Of a DNA stretch of 64,000 nt, positions 27,256-38,867 are shown one piece after another (the first letter of the stretch is position 1; the number at the start of each line of letters is the position of its first letter). Made by a program: the position numbers and the translations under genes. The stretch is from Octopus sinensis (lineage: Eukaryota): positions 17,112,001-17,176,000 of the forward strand of contig NC_043006.1 in NCBI RefSeq assembly GCF_006345805.1, read 5' to 3'. Under the pieces are notes generated by a model. It searched no databases. It had not been told where the DNA came from and was given only the letters and a program-made list of their open reading frames with translations.

Positions 27256-27745
27256 CCAGAGGGCTGGCGAACCAGATGGCGGCACCAGGCTTCAATCTTG
27301 ATCTGGCGGAGTTTCTACAGTTGGATGCCCTTCCTGACACCAACCACTCTGAGAGTGTAGTTGGTGCTTTTACATGCCACCAGCACAGGGGCCAGTCAGG
27401 TGGTACTGGCAACGACCTCACTCGAATCTTTTTACACATTCCACTGGTACAGGTGCCAGTAAGGCGATGCTGGTAACAATTACTCTCGAATGGTGCCTCT
27501 TACGTGCCACCGGCATGGAGGCCAGTTAGCTGCTCTGGCAATGATCACGCTTGGATGGTGCTCTTAGCATCCTACTAGCACGGGGCTCAAGTGCCAGTAA
27601 GGCGATGCTGGTAACGATCATATTCGAATGGTGCCTTTTATGTGCCACTGGCACAGAAGCCGGTTAGCCGCTCTGTCAATGATCACACTCGTATGGTGGC
27701 CTTTGCACCCCGCTAGCACGGATGCCAGTCATCGAGTTTGATTTT
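27256..27745 (-). mobile_element. Family E copy with multiple internal subrepeats
   Basis: Same blocks in reverse; several ggtgcctttta(c/t)gtgccac subrepeats. Confidence 0.7.
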
Positions 27746-28019
27746 GATTTTGACAATAGTATATTATATTTAAAAATGTGTGAGGAGTGATAGGATGGGG
27801 GAGATGGCTTAAAATGCCGAAAATTTGTTTTTGCATATTCATAATCTCCAATGTTTAAAACCTAGAAGTCCGAATAAACTTTTTCAGAAAAAGGCATTTT
27901 TCAAGGTGAGGTGCAAATCTGCATTAGCCCCGATAAAGATATAGGCATACACATACACACACATATATACAGTCCAACCCATGCAAGTATGGAAAAGTGG
28001 ATGGTAAAGTAACGATGAT

Positions 28020-28325
28020 CGCCTTACTAGGTCTTGTGCTGGTGGCACGTGGAAAAAAACATTCAGGACTGGCTCCTGTGCAGGTGGCACATAAAAAGCA
28101 CCATTTGAGTGTGGCCATTGCCAGTACCACCTAACTGGCCCTCATACCGGTGTCACGTAAAAGCACCCACTACACTCTCGGAGTGGTTGGCGTTAGGAAG
28201 GGCATCCAGCTGTAGAAACTCTGCCAGATCAGATTGGAGTCTACTTCGCCAGACCTCAGTCAAATCGTCCAACCCATGCTAGCAAGGAAGGTGGACGTTA
28301 AACGATGATGATGATGATGATGATA
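28020..28325 (+). mobile_element. Family E copy
   Basis: Same blocks and (GAT)n tail. Confidence 0.7.
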
Positions 28326-28444
28326 ATGATATACATACGCACACACACTCATATGTGTGTGTTTAGGTATATGCATGTATAGGGTTGTGTGTATGTGTGA
28401 GATGTTTATCCCTAATTTCTAAAATATTCGTGAATGCTCTAAAT

Positions 28445-28607
28445 CAGTGTTTCCCAACCTTTTTTCCCGGCGCCCCACTTTTTCATAGCAAAAGTTTTTA
28501 CGCCCCACCTTTTCCCATGTCCACTCACATTTACAAGTACCGCTCGTCATGTACAAATATTTTCACAGCCCACGTCTATGCCCCGCGCCCCACCTTGGGA
28601 ATCACTG
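28445..28607. mobile_element. hAT-type MITE (163 bp)
   Basis: TIR cagtgtttcccaa / ttgggaatcactg; perfect 8-bp TSD CTCTAAAT (28437-28444, 28608-28615). Confidence 0.9.
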
Positions 28608-28740
28608 CTCTAAATGCTGCTGAAATTGTTTGAGAAAACTGTTTATCAACCACATGAACTGGATGTAACAGAGTTATCTACCCTACCTTATTCTGAACTT
28701 CGATGCTGTAATTATTGTAAGCAGTCTTGAATTCACTTAC

Positions 28741-28774
28741 GCGCGCGCAATTTCATGGTGATGTGGTCAGTTAA
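28741..28774 (-). CDS. 34-nt exon of the minus-strand gene containing ACC-ATG (MKLRA + 1 nt)
   Basis: Minus strand: tttcttgcatttttccttatggtttatag|TTAACTGACCACATCACCATGAAATTGCGCGCGC|GTAAGTG; strong acceptor, consensus donor, good Kozak context, CpG retained. Confidence 0.5.
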
Positions 28775-29315
28775 CTATAAACCATAAGGAAAAATGCAAG
28801 AAACACGAATGAATAATATGTGTTCAATTTCGTTATGTTTTGATGTGAAAAATATCTGATGGATGGCAGAAATGGTAGCTAAAAATGCCCATCAATATTT
28901 AATTATGTCTTTTTGGTTCCAGCTTCTAACCCACTCAAACTCACCTTAGCCTATAATCCTTCAGTGCTTATTCTACTACTGGAATCATCCAGCTATATAC
29001 CCCTTCCTCCCCCACGTTTATGGCCATTTGTCAATTTATAAATCGCTACTGCAAAAATAAAACCAGCATAAACATACACAGAGAAACACGATAGATAGAT
29101 ACATACGTACATCATTCATTCATACATACATACATATATACATACATGCATGCATACATACATACACACACACATACATACATACATACATACACAAACG
29201 CCAACTCAGAAAGTTATGTGCATATGTACATGTACGTTAATTGGTATACACGAAACTCTCGGCCCCTGAGTCACCATAGCTTCTGACGATTAAAAGTAAT
29301 TGTAGCGCAGCCACA

Positions 29316-29357
<42 letters not shown>

Positions 29358-29367
29358 ATTTCTTAGA

Positions 29368-29506
29368 CGGGACAAACAAGGGCAGACAAAGGGATTAAGT
29401 CGATTACATCGACTCCAGTGCGTAACTGGTACTTAATTTATCGACCCCAAAAGGATGAAAGGCAAAGTCGACTCGGCGGAATTTGAACTCAGAACGTAAC
29501 GGCAGA
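29368..29506 (-). mobile_element. SINE family D fragment
   Basis: Core and part of the tail. Confidence 0.7.
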
Positions 29507-30490
29507 TCTATCTGTCTATATGTATATAATATATACAATACATACACACACACCCTTTTCTCTGAATGAATTTCTTCAAAGAGAAAGCTAGTATATATAT
29601 CTTAAAACATTGCCACATCCCACAGCGGAAACAGCTGTTTATTTTGATGTTGCCTATCGATTTTCACAATGAATTATATCTAATTTCTCTCATCGCATAT
29701 ACACTGCCTTCCCACACTACCTCAGTCAATTGAATCCACCCTGCCTCTCTATTGCACACTGTAAAACTTAAAAATCATATAAAACCTTCCCAGGGTAAAC
29801 TAGAATCCTAAATTGGTGTTTTGTATTGTTTTACTTTCAGTTCACGGTAAAAATCAATGTAAAAATATTCAGTTTGTGACACTGGCCGCTTCCCTATTAC
29901 AATAAAACTTATTCTAAATTCCTTAAAGCATTGGTTCCAGGTGAAACACGCTAGGCGCCTAGATTGATATTTAATAGTTTTACTTTCATTCTACTGTAAA
30001 TAGAAAATGGCTCTAAAATTATTCAATTTTATATACACTGCCTTTCTTCCACAAAGAGTAAACTTTATTCAGAGCCATATGAGACATCGGACCCAGGGTG
30101 AACTACTGTTATAGTCTTAAACCGGTGTTTTTATATATATTTTTTCAGTTCACGAACGAAAAAGAAAAAAAAAAAGACATCTACAAACTGAGGAAAATTT
30201 CTAAATCAATAAAGTTTTCGATTAAAGAATGATATTTTTCGTTTTAATTTATTCAAACCGATAGATATTTTCATTTTTCCTAAAGCAGAACAGAATATTT
30301 ACAATTTCGATTTTAACACAGCTGATCGTCATTGTATTTTTTTCCGTGAGAGGTGAAGCTCTTAATATGATACAGAACAGGTTCTCTTCATAAATTTTAT
30401 TCGCGTTAATTTCTGAGGCAGCGAAAGAAAGAAGAAAAAAACCCAAACATGTGTTTCGAGAGAATTACAGTTTCAAAGACGATATTTTAC

Positions 30491-30493
30491 CAT
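30491..30493 (-). CDS. Candidate start-codon-only end of exon 1 of a divergently transcribed gene
   Basis: Minus strand reads ...cgccaaaattaATG|GTAAAATATC; splicing to the 28774 acceptor keeps the frame open (M-LTDHITMKLRA). The donor is only moderate and this ATG may be a 5' UTR ATG. Confidence 0.3.
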
Positions 30494-30494
30494 T

Positions 30495-30760
30495 AATTTT
30501 GGCGAAAATAAATAAAAGTTTAAAGAGAAAGTGAAGCCAAAAACAACAACGTCAACAATCGCTTTCACTAGTGACGCTGCGGTAACTGTGGAGAAGCTTC
30601 CACATGTATCAACGTTTGTCATTGGTTGAAATGTTAGCGGTGTTTTATTTCGCGGTTTTCATTGGTGCAGAATCATGTGCTTGCCTATCATTGGCTTAGT
30701 TAATTCAACTAAGATACAAGTCAACATTGTTCGAATATTACTAAGTACTTGAAACCCGTC
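30495..30760. promoter_or_regulatory. Candidate bidirectional TATA-less promoter with NF-Y, E2F and CHR-like motifs
   Basis: ATTGG at 30621, 30661 and 30690 (gtcATTGGtt, ttcATTGGtg, atcATTGGct); TTTCGCGG at 30648-30655; TTTTGGCGAAAA near 30497-30508; TTCGAA (30730) and CTTGAA (30748); locally high CpG. Confidence 0.6.
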
Positions 30761-30787
30761 TTGTTTTTGCTTTATTATTCGCCGTCG

Positions 30788-30863
30788 ATGGAGAAAATTA
30801 TTTACGTTGAGAAAAAACTGAAATCGTTGAAGTCTTCACTTGATCTGATTGGAAACGCACTTG
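30788..30863 (+). CDS. First coding exon (25 codons + 1 nt, phase 1) of an unidentified gene; coiled-coil N-terminus, weakly SKA1/SKA3-like
   Basis: ATG at 30788 in unique, CpG-retaining DNA; reads MEKIIYVEKKLKSLKSSLDLIGNAL; ends at consensus donor TTG|GTAAGT (30864); heptad hydrophobics L11/L14/L18/I21/L25; promoter motifs lie directly upstream. Family assignment is from memory only. Confidence 0.6.
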
Positions 30864-31559
30864 GTAAGTGTTCTCTCTCTTTTTCTCTTTCTTTCTCTGC
30901 CCGTGTGTGTATGTGTGTACGCACATTTTTTACTCTATGTAAAAATCAATTACAGATATATAAATTGAAGGTGTGCATAAAAAGAAAGTGGTAACCGGCT
31001 TCAGATGAAACGATATTAGGCCGATGCTAAATGTTTCAGATGCAAATTTTGTTGCAGTTCAAAGGAAAAGCTCTTTCTTCGATCCTCAATTACAAAAAAA
31101 AAAAAAAAAAAAAATATTTATAAATATAGTACGCGTGGTGAATTCACAATGCATTCACAGCGAGCTGACGTTTAGCGATTTCCATGCCACCGACGAGAAT
31201 CCTTATCATGTCAAAGTCTGCATCACTTTTACAAAACCACGCGCTTCTCGCAGACAAAGAAGAAAAGGAAGAAAATTCTTAGCCTTACAACAAGTGTTCT
31301 TTTTTCTTTCCTTCTCTCTGTCTCTCTCTCGCTATCTTTTTCTTTTCCAACAAAATCATTTAAATATATTTCTGCTAGCATCTTTGAAGTTAATAACAGT
31401 ACTCGCCGATGATGTGAGTATGTGTGTGTGTGAGTACATGTATTCCCCCAAAAGCTATTATATTCCCTCAATATTCCGTTATATTGAAAATATTAATATC
31501 AATCGATCGCCTCTTAGTACTGTTTCATCAAAACAATCTTACACACACATACTCATACA

Positions 31560-31767
31560 TACACATATAATATATACATATATATAACATATATATATAA
31601 CATAATATTACATAGATATATTACATATATGTGTGTATATATATATATAATATATATATATGTGTGTGTGTATATATTTGTATATATATGTCTATATATG
31701 TATTTGTATTTATATATATATGTGTGTATGTATATATATGTCTATATATGTATTTGTATTTATATAT

Positions 31768-31803
<36 letters not shown>

Positions 31804-32516
31804 CTTATATAAACGTATATATGCATATATATACATATATATACGTATATATACATATATGTATATGCGTGTATATATGTATATATATATATTTATATAT
31901 GTGTGTATATATATATATTTATATGTGTATATATATGTATACATAGGTACATGTATATATGTGTATATGTATATATATGTGTGTGTTTCGATGTATATAT
32001 GTGTATATGTATATATATATGTGTGTGTTTCGATATATATATGTATATATATATATGTGTGTATAGATATATATATATGTATATATATATATGTGTGTGT
32101 TATAGATATCTATGTATATATATATGTGTGTGTGTTAGATTATATGTATATATATATATGTGTGTATAGATATTATATGTATATATATGTGTGTGTTTAG
32201 ATATATATGTATATATATATATGTGTGTATAGAGATATATATGTCTATATATTGTGTGTGTATAGATATATATATGTATATATTATATATGTGTGGTGTA
32301 TAGATATATATATGTCTATATAGTATGTGTGTGTATATATATATGTATATATATAGTGTGTGTATAGTATATATGTATATATCTATATGTGTGTGTATAG
32401 ATATATATATATATGTATATATATATGTGTGTGTATAGATATTAGATATATATATATTATGATCTATTATATGTGTGTGTATAGATATATATATCTATAT
32501 ATATGTGTGTGTATAG

Positions 32517-32547
<31 letters not shown>

Positions 32548-33842
32548 TGTGTGTGTATAGATATATATGTATATATATATATGTGTATGTGTATATATAC
32601 ATATATATGTATATATGAATTATTTATGTATATATATATATATATATATGAATATATTTATGTGTATGTATATATATGTGTGCACATATATATATATATG
32701 TGTGTATATATATATGTGTACATTTATATGTATATATATTTATATATGTATGTATATGTGGATACATATATGTATATATATATAATGCATATATTTATGT
32801 ATATATATCTATGTATTATATAATATGCAATATATTTATGTTATATATTTATGTAATAATATGTATATATATTTATGTATATATGTATATATATATGTAT
32901 ATATATTATTTTATATTATGTATTATATATTTATATATTTATATATATATGTATATATATGTATATATATATGTATATATATGTAGTATATATATGTATA
33001 TATATTTATATATATATGTATATATATTTATATATAATATTTATATATATTTATATATATGTATATATATATGCATATATATATGTATATATATATGCAT
33101 ATATATATGTATATATATATGCATATATATATGTATATATATATTTATATATATGTATATATATATATTTATATATATGTATATATATATGTATATATAT
33201 ATGCATATATATATGTATATATATATGCATATATATATGTATATATATATGCATATATATGTATATATATATATGCATATATATGTATATATATATATGC
33301 ATATATATGTATATATATATGCATATATTTATGTATATATATATATGTATAGATATACATATATACATATATATTTATATATATATGTTTATATATATGT
33401 TTATGTTTATATATATATGTTTATATGTTTATGTTTATATATATATGTTTATATGTATATATTTATATATAGGAAAAAAGCAACAAGAATGGATTAAAAT
33501 CTCGGTACGATCGTTTCGTACGAGGACATCTTTAATAAGCTACAAAAATATATATTTATATATATTATTTATATATATATAATATATATGTATATATTTA
33601 TATATATGTTTATATGTATATATTTATATATGTTTTATGTATATATTTATATATATATGTTTATATATATATTTTATATGTATATATTTATATATATATG
33701 TTTATATGTATATATTTATATATATATGTTTATATATATGTTTATATTATATATATATGTTTATATATATATGTTTAATGTATATATTTATATATATGTA
33801 TAGATATACATATATATATATGTTTGTATATGTATGTATCTA

Positions 33843-33918
<76 letters not shown>

Positions 33919-33985
33919 TATATATTATATATATATATATATATATAATATATATACATATATATATATGTATGTATGTATGTAT
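31560..33985. repeat. About 2.4-kb compound (TA)n/(TATG)n/(TG)n microsatellite
   Basis: Direct inspection; source of the YIYI/CIYI ORFs. Confidence 0.95.
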
Positions 33986-36156
33986 ATAAATGTTGAAAAT
34001 TCTCAATCGGGATCTGAAACCCAATCAGCCTTGATTCGCTACGAGTTTTACATCCTACTCCCCACAACAACCACCTAAAGAAAGTAGGTACAAATAAATG
34101 GAATACAGAAAACAAAAGAAAAAAATTGGGACGTGTGGCCGAAAGAAAAAAACAAATTATCTAAACATGTGTCGTCTACGTTTGCGTTGTCATCTTAGAT
34201 TTCGAAGTTTTCTCTAATATTTAAATTCCATCACATGGTATTTCTCTGTAAAAATCTGAACTGTGGAATTTACCCTTATAGCTCGGATAATTGAGATATA
34301 AACAATGAAAAGAAATTCCTTCCGTACATGCTTCTCTGTATATACGGTAATGTGTATATGTGTGCGTGTGAATCTATGCACATGAATGGACGGACGTAGG
34401 CTGGAATTTCAACATTTACATAAACGCCCTCATGTCGCTGAGTTCTTTTATATTGTACATCATGTTATACACAGGTTGTATTTTCATCTGTGATGCAATC
34501 TAGCAATTCCTGCAGAGAAGAACTCATGTATTTTCTAACGGTTATATTCGATCGTGTTCTTTCAGTTATATAATTAATCTTTTTTTCATCAATCGGCCTA
34601 ATTCTTTCCTTTGTTTCCAGAATTCCATTTATTCTACCTACTTTCTTTAGATGAAGAGGAGGAGGAGGTAAAACACCCTCGGCGAAAGGAGGTTGATTAG
34701 GTTTCAAATCCCGGTTGGAGAATTTTCGCTGTTCCTAAATTATCAATTCTCTCTCCAGAAAGATTTTAGAAGCTTCCAGGTTCCAATTTGAACTCAAAAG
34801 CAATCGGTTTCTTTTCATATCCCATCTCTATCCATTGTCTTCAGATCAAAGACAGCGCTGAAATCGCCACCATACCTGTCTTAAGGTGCATCTTAGATTA
34901 CATTGTCCAGTGTGTGTGTGTGTGTGTGTGTTGTTTTGTAGGAAAATAACGCGTAAGTCAACTGTGATTTAGCTGCTGTTTCTAGTAGGTCAAGCGACCA
35001 TACAGAGGCTTCTTATTTGGAACATTTACCGTCAGTCATAATTACAGCTGATTCGTATCGATTCCTTTCGACTAGGCGCTAGGCTAGTTTTTGTACTAAA
35101 AACGTACAATTCTTCCCCGATCAGACTGATTGGGTTTATCTCGTGCACAAAAAGGTTCTCCGGAATTCGGAACAATCTGAATTCACAACCGAGAGGGAAA
35201 GTTTTAAGTTCCGTTAATATATTGGGGATGTCATCCTACTGAATCGGTCAAATCTTGTTATATTTCCTTTTTTTTTTTTGTTAGTTATTTGAATTAAAAA
35301 TCATATTAACGTGTCTCCCAACTACTTTTGGAATCCGTCGTCTGGTCGTTGCTCGCTATTCGCTTGATTTCGGTTGGAATGAAAGAAAGAAAGAATGAAA
35401 AAAAGAAAGAATGAAAAAAGAACATTTGGTTATGAAGATAGTTGAGAAATATATTCTTGTCGTCAATGCACGTGGTGCGTTGACATTATACCATGTTGTG
35501 ATAATTTCACATGTTAAAAACCTGATAGTTGCTGCTTAGTCCCTGGTTAGCCCGATCAAAGACCTTCCGAGTGGTGACCATCCCGTTATTTTTTATATTT
35601 CCATATAGTGTATTTAAGACTACGCTATCTATGATACTTAAAACAGTAGGATGTGTTTTAAGCGATATTTGGCTGTTATTTTTAGCAGATCTAGAAGTTC
35701 CCTTCCCTCGAAATTTGATATAATTTGGTCGACTATTCTCAACGCAATAATAGTTCAGTTTTCTTTCATTCAAAGTAAACATTTAACACGTTTTCATTAG
35801 TGACAAGTCTCTTCCCCTCTCTCTCTCCTTCTCCCTCTTTCTTATATCGTACATCACATTCATGTATAAATATCTATATATATATGGTTCTGGAGGTGAT
35901 TGGCATGTCTGTAGAATGCCGCTTGGGTTGATCAACCAAGGCCGGGTCGCGTAGATCAGTCAGGGTTTACATTGGAAGACCCAAAACACTCAATGACCTC
36001 AGGATACAACACTGACAATATGTCCAAGTACTGCATTTGTAAAAGTATGTTGTTAGACTTAAATGTGTGTGTGTGTGTCCGTGTCCGTCCCTGCTTTGGT
36101 GAATTACATGCCATTTTAAAATCTATTTTTCCCAAATAATATCTATCTGTCTATCT

Positions 36157-36386
36157 GGCGATCTTTCGTCTCTAGTAGACCTTTCCGTCGATTTCCGTAA
36201 AAAAAAATTTTTTTTTTTACATATGGGCTTGCGGGAACTTTTGTAGTAATATACATACATATACACATACACCGAGTAAAAAATTTCAGTTATCTCTTTC
36301 TTTCACACAATACTCTGTTTCTTCACACACACTAACAGAAGCACTTCACTTACACAACATACTGTCTGTCTCCCACACCCCATCAA

Positions 36387-36417
<31 letters not shown>

Positions 36418-36591
36418 TCAATGCTTGCCATGCACGGTAACTTCAAAAGAACTTCCCTCGTCATAAAATCGCTTTCTCTTAGTCTCTTTCGCTCTCATTA
36501 CTTCAAAAGTTCCCGCAAGCCCATATGTAAAAAAAAAAAAAAATTTTTTACGGAAATCGACGGAAAGGTCTACTAGAGACGAAAGATTGCC
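36157..36591. mobile_element. Long-TIR MITE (about 94-bp TIRs) inserted in (TATC)n
   Basis: ggcgatctttcgtctctagtagacctttccgtcgatttccg... and its near-perfect reverse complement at about 36497-36591. Confidence 0.85.
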
Positions 36592-36623
<32 letters not shown>

Positions 36624-36643
36624 CTCTATATATATCCACACAC

Positions 36644-36709
<66 letters not shown>

Positions 36710-36856
36710 TATCTATCTATCTATCATCTATCTATCTCTCATCTATCTATCTATCATCTATCTATCATCTATCTATCTATCATCTATCTATCTATTATCT
36801 ATCTATCTATCATCTATCTATCTATCATCTATCTATCTATCATCTATCTATCTATC

Positions 36857-36903
<47 letters not shown>

Positions 36904-36954
36904 GTAAAAAAGAAAGAAAGAGAGCATTTTTGACCTCATGTGTTTATTTTCTCC

Positions 36955-37212
36955 CTGACTGGGGTTCCCGTGGTCTTTTCTGTAGGCTTTTCTTCCCACG
37001 GATGAACCCAATCTTGTTATATCAATGTTTACACCATTATTTCTGTGATACACGATTTTCCTTTTTTTCCTTTTTTTTTTTTTTTTTTTTCCCTCCTCTC
37101 GATCCCTTTTGATCGCAATCTTACATTTTTTATTTTTTTTCCACCCTCGAAAAGAAAAGCTCTGCATTTGTATTTGTCCCCTCTGTATTCAGCCCTGTGT
37201 GGCTAATAAAAG
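36955..37212 (+). mobile_element. Dispersed repeat family H (shares its 3' terminus with family D)
   Basis: Aligns with 61225-61468; ends gtcccctctgtattcagccctgtgtggctaataaaagaaa. Confidence 0.6.
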
Positions 37213-37331
37213 AAAGTTATCTATCTATCATCTATCTATCTATTATCTATCTATCTATCATCTATCTATCTATCATCTATCTATCTATCATCTATCTATC
37301 TATCATCTATCTATCTATCTATCTATCTATC

Positions 37332-37364
<33 letters not shown>

Positions 37365-37449
37365 ACCCTCCTTCTTTCCTGAGCGTCCAATACTATATTT
37401 GTTCCACGTCTTCGCGTTGTTGTGTTTTTTTGTGCTTTCTTGTTTAGAT

Positions 37450-37490
<41 letters not shown>

Positions 37491-38164
37491 CGGGAAGCTT
37501 TATGAAAATAAACAAAAGACGAAGGCAGGTGGAGTACAAACAAACAATTGTATTAATATATATATATATATATATATACATACATGCATACAGAGAGAGA
37601 GATACACATATTTCGTAAATGAAATAAAATCTTTTTTTTGTCAAGAGAGAAAAAAAACAACCCCGCTTTTTGTTTAGATTTATCGCTGATACACGAAGAA
37701 AGCAAAGAAAGATGACAATGCTAGTGATGTTGACGATAATGCCGATAATGTTAATAATAATAATAAGAAGAAGAAGAAGGATCGCAATAATAATAATTGT
37801 GCGTGCATTTCTTTATATTTTCTCACAACATTCATTACCGACGTGACCTACTGACATATTGCTCCGACGGTAACCCCGCCGCCCCCCATCATACTAACAA
37901 CTACTAGACTGATGAATGAATTAAGTTCATTCATCATACTGCGGTGACGTCTTATTCAATAGTAAAATAATAATAATAATAATAAAAATCTTTAGTTATG
38001 TTACATAATTTTATACAGAAGTTTTATTTAACTTCTGTGCATGTTTGTAAACTGACTCGTCTACCGGCATAGTTAAATCTGGGTAGCTGTGCGTGTGTGT
38101 CATGTATGTATGAAAATTATGTGTGTTTGAGCGTATGTCGACGGATCCAACTGTCTTTCTTGAT

Positions 38165-38238
38165 AGACTATCTATCTGTCTATCTATCTTTCTATCTATC
38201 TGTCTATCTATCTATCTGTCTATCTATCTATCTATCTG

Positions 38239-38313
<75 letters not shown>

Positions 38314-38334
38314 GTCTATCTATCTATCTGTCTG

Positions 38335-38385
<51 letters not shown>

Positions 38386-38426
38386 GTCTATCTATCTGTC
38401 TATCTATCTATCTATCTATCTATCTG

Positions 38427-38492
<66 letters not shown>

Positions 38493-38598
38493 CATCTCTA
38501 CTGTCTGTCTATCTATCTATCCATCTCTACTGTCTGTCTATCTATCTATCCATCCATCTCTACTGTCTATCTATCTATCTATCCATCCATCTCTATCG

Positions 38599-38695
<97 letters not shown>

Positions 38696-38801
38696 CATCT
38701 CTACTGTCTGTCTATCTATCTATCCATCTCTACTGTCTGTCTATCTATCTATCCATCCATCTCTACTGTCTATCTATCTATCTATCCATCCATCTCTACT
38801 G

Positions 38802-38866
<65 letters not shown>
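38165..38866. repeat. (TATC)n microsatellite with ccatctctactgtc higher-order motif
   Basis: Direct inspection; further (TATC)n at 36592-36901, 37219-37362 and 23215-23445. Confidence 0.95.

Positions 38867-38867
<1 letters not shown>

Noticed and set aside
26904-27476. 190-aa plus-strand ORF
   Set aside because: Antisense read-through of a GC-rich RTE 3' end and a family E copy.
31024-31587. 187-aa ORF after the first exon, with a phase-compatible acceptor at 31039
   Set aside because: It runs through an A20 homopolymer and (CT)n/(TG)n tracts; composition is intron-like.
34465-34707. Protein-like minus ORF (PPPPLHLKKVGR...VRKYMSSSL), with passing resemblance to SKA1 YM motif
   Set aside because: It overlaps one arm of an inverted repeat pair, has no ATG start or good acceptor, and is on the wrong strand for the 30788 exon.
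35507-35782. Minus ORF with PPR-like VVLNTL...RKVFD words
   Set aside because: The RKVFD part overlaps a dispersed repeat fragment (related to 52240-52305); a single short motif with no splice support.
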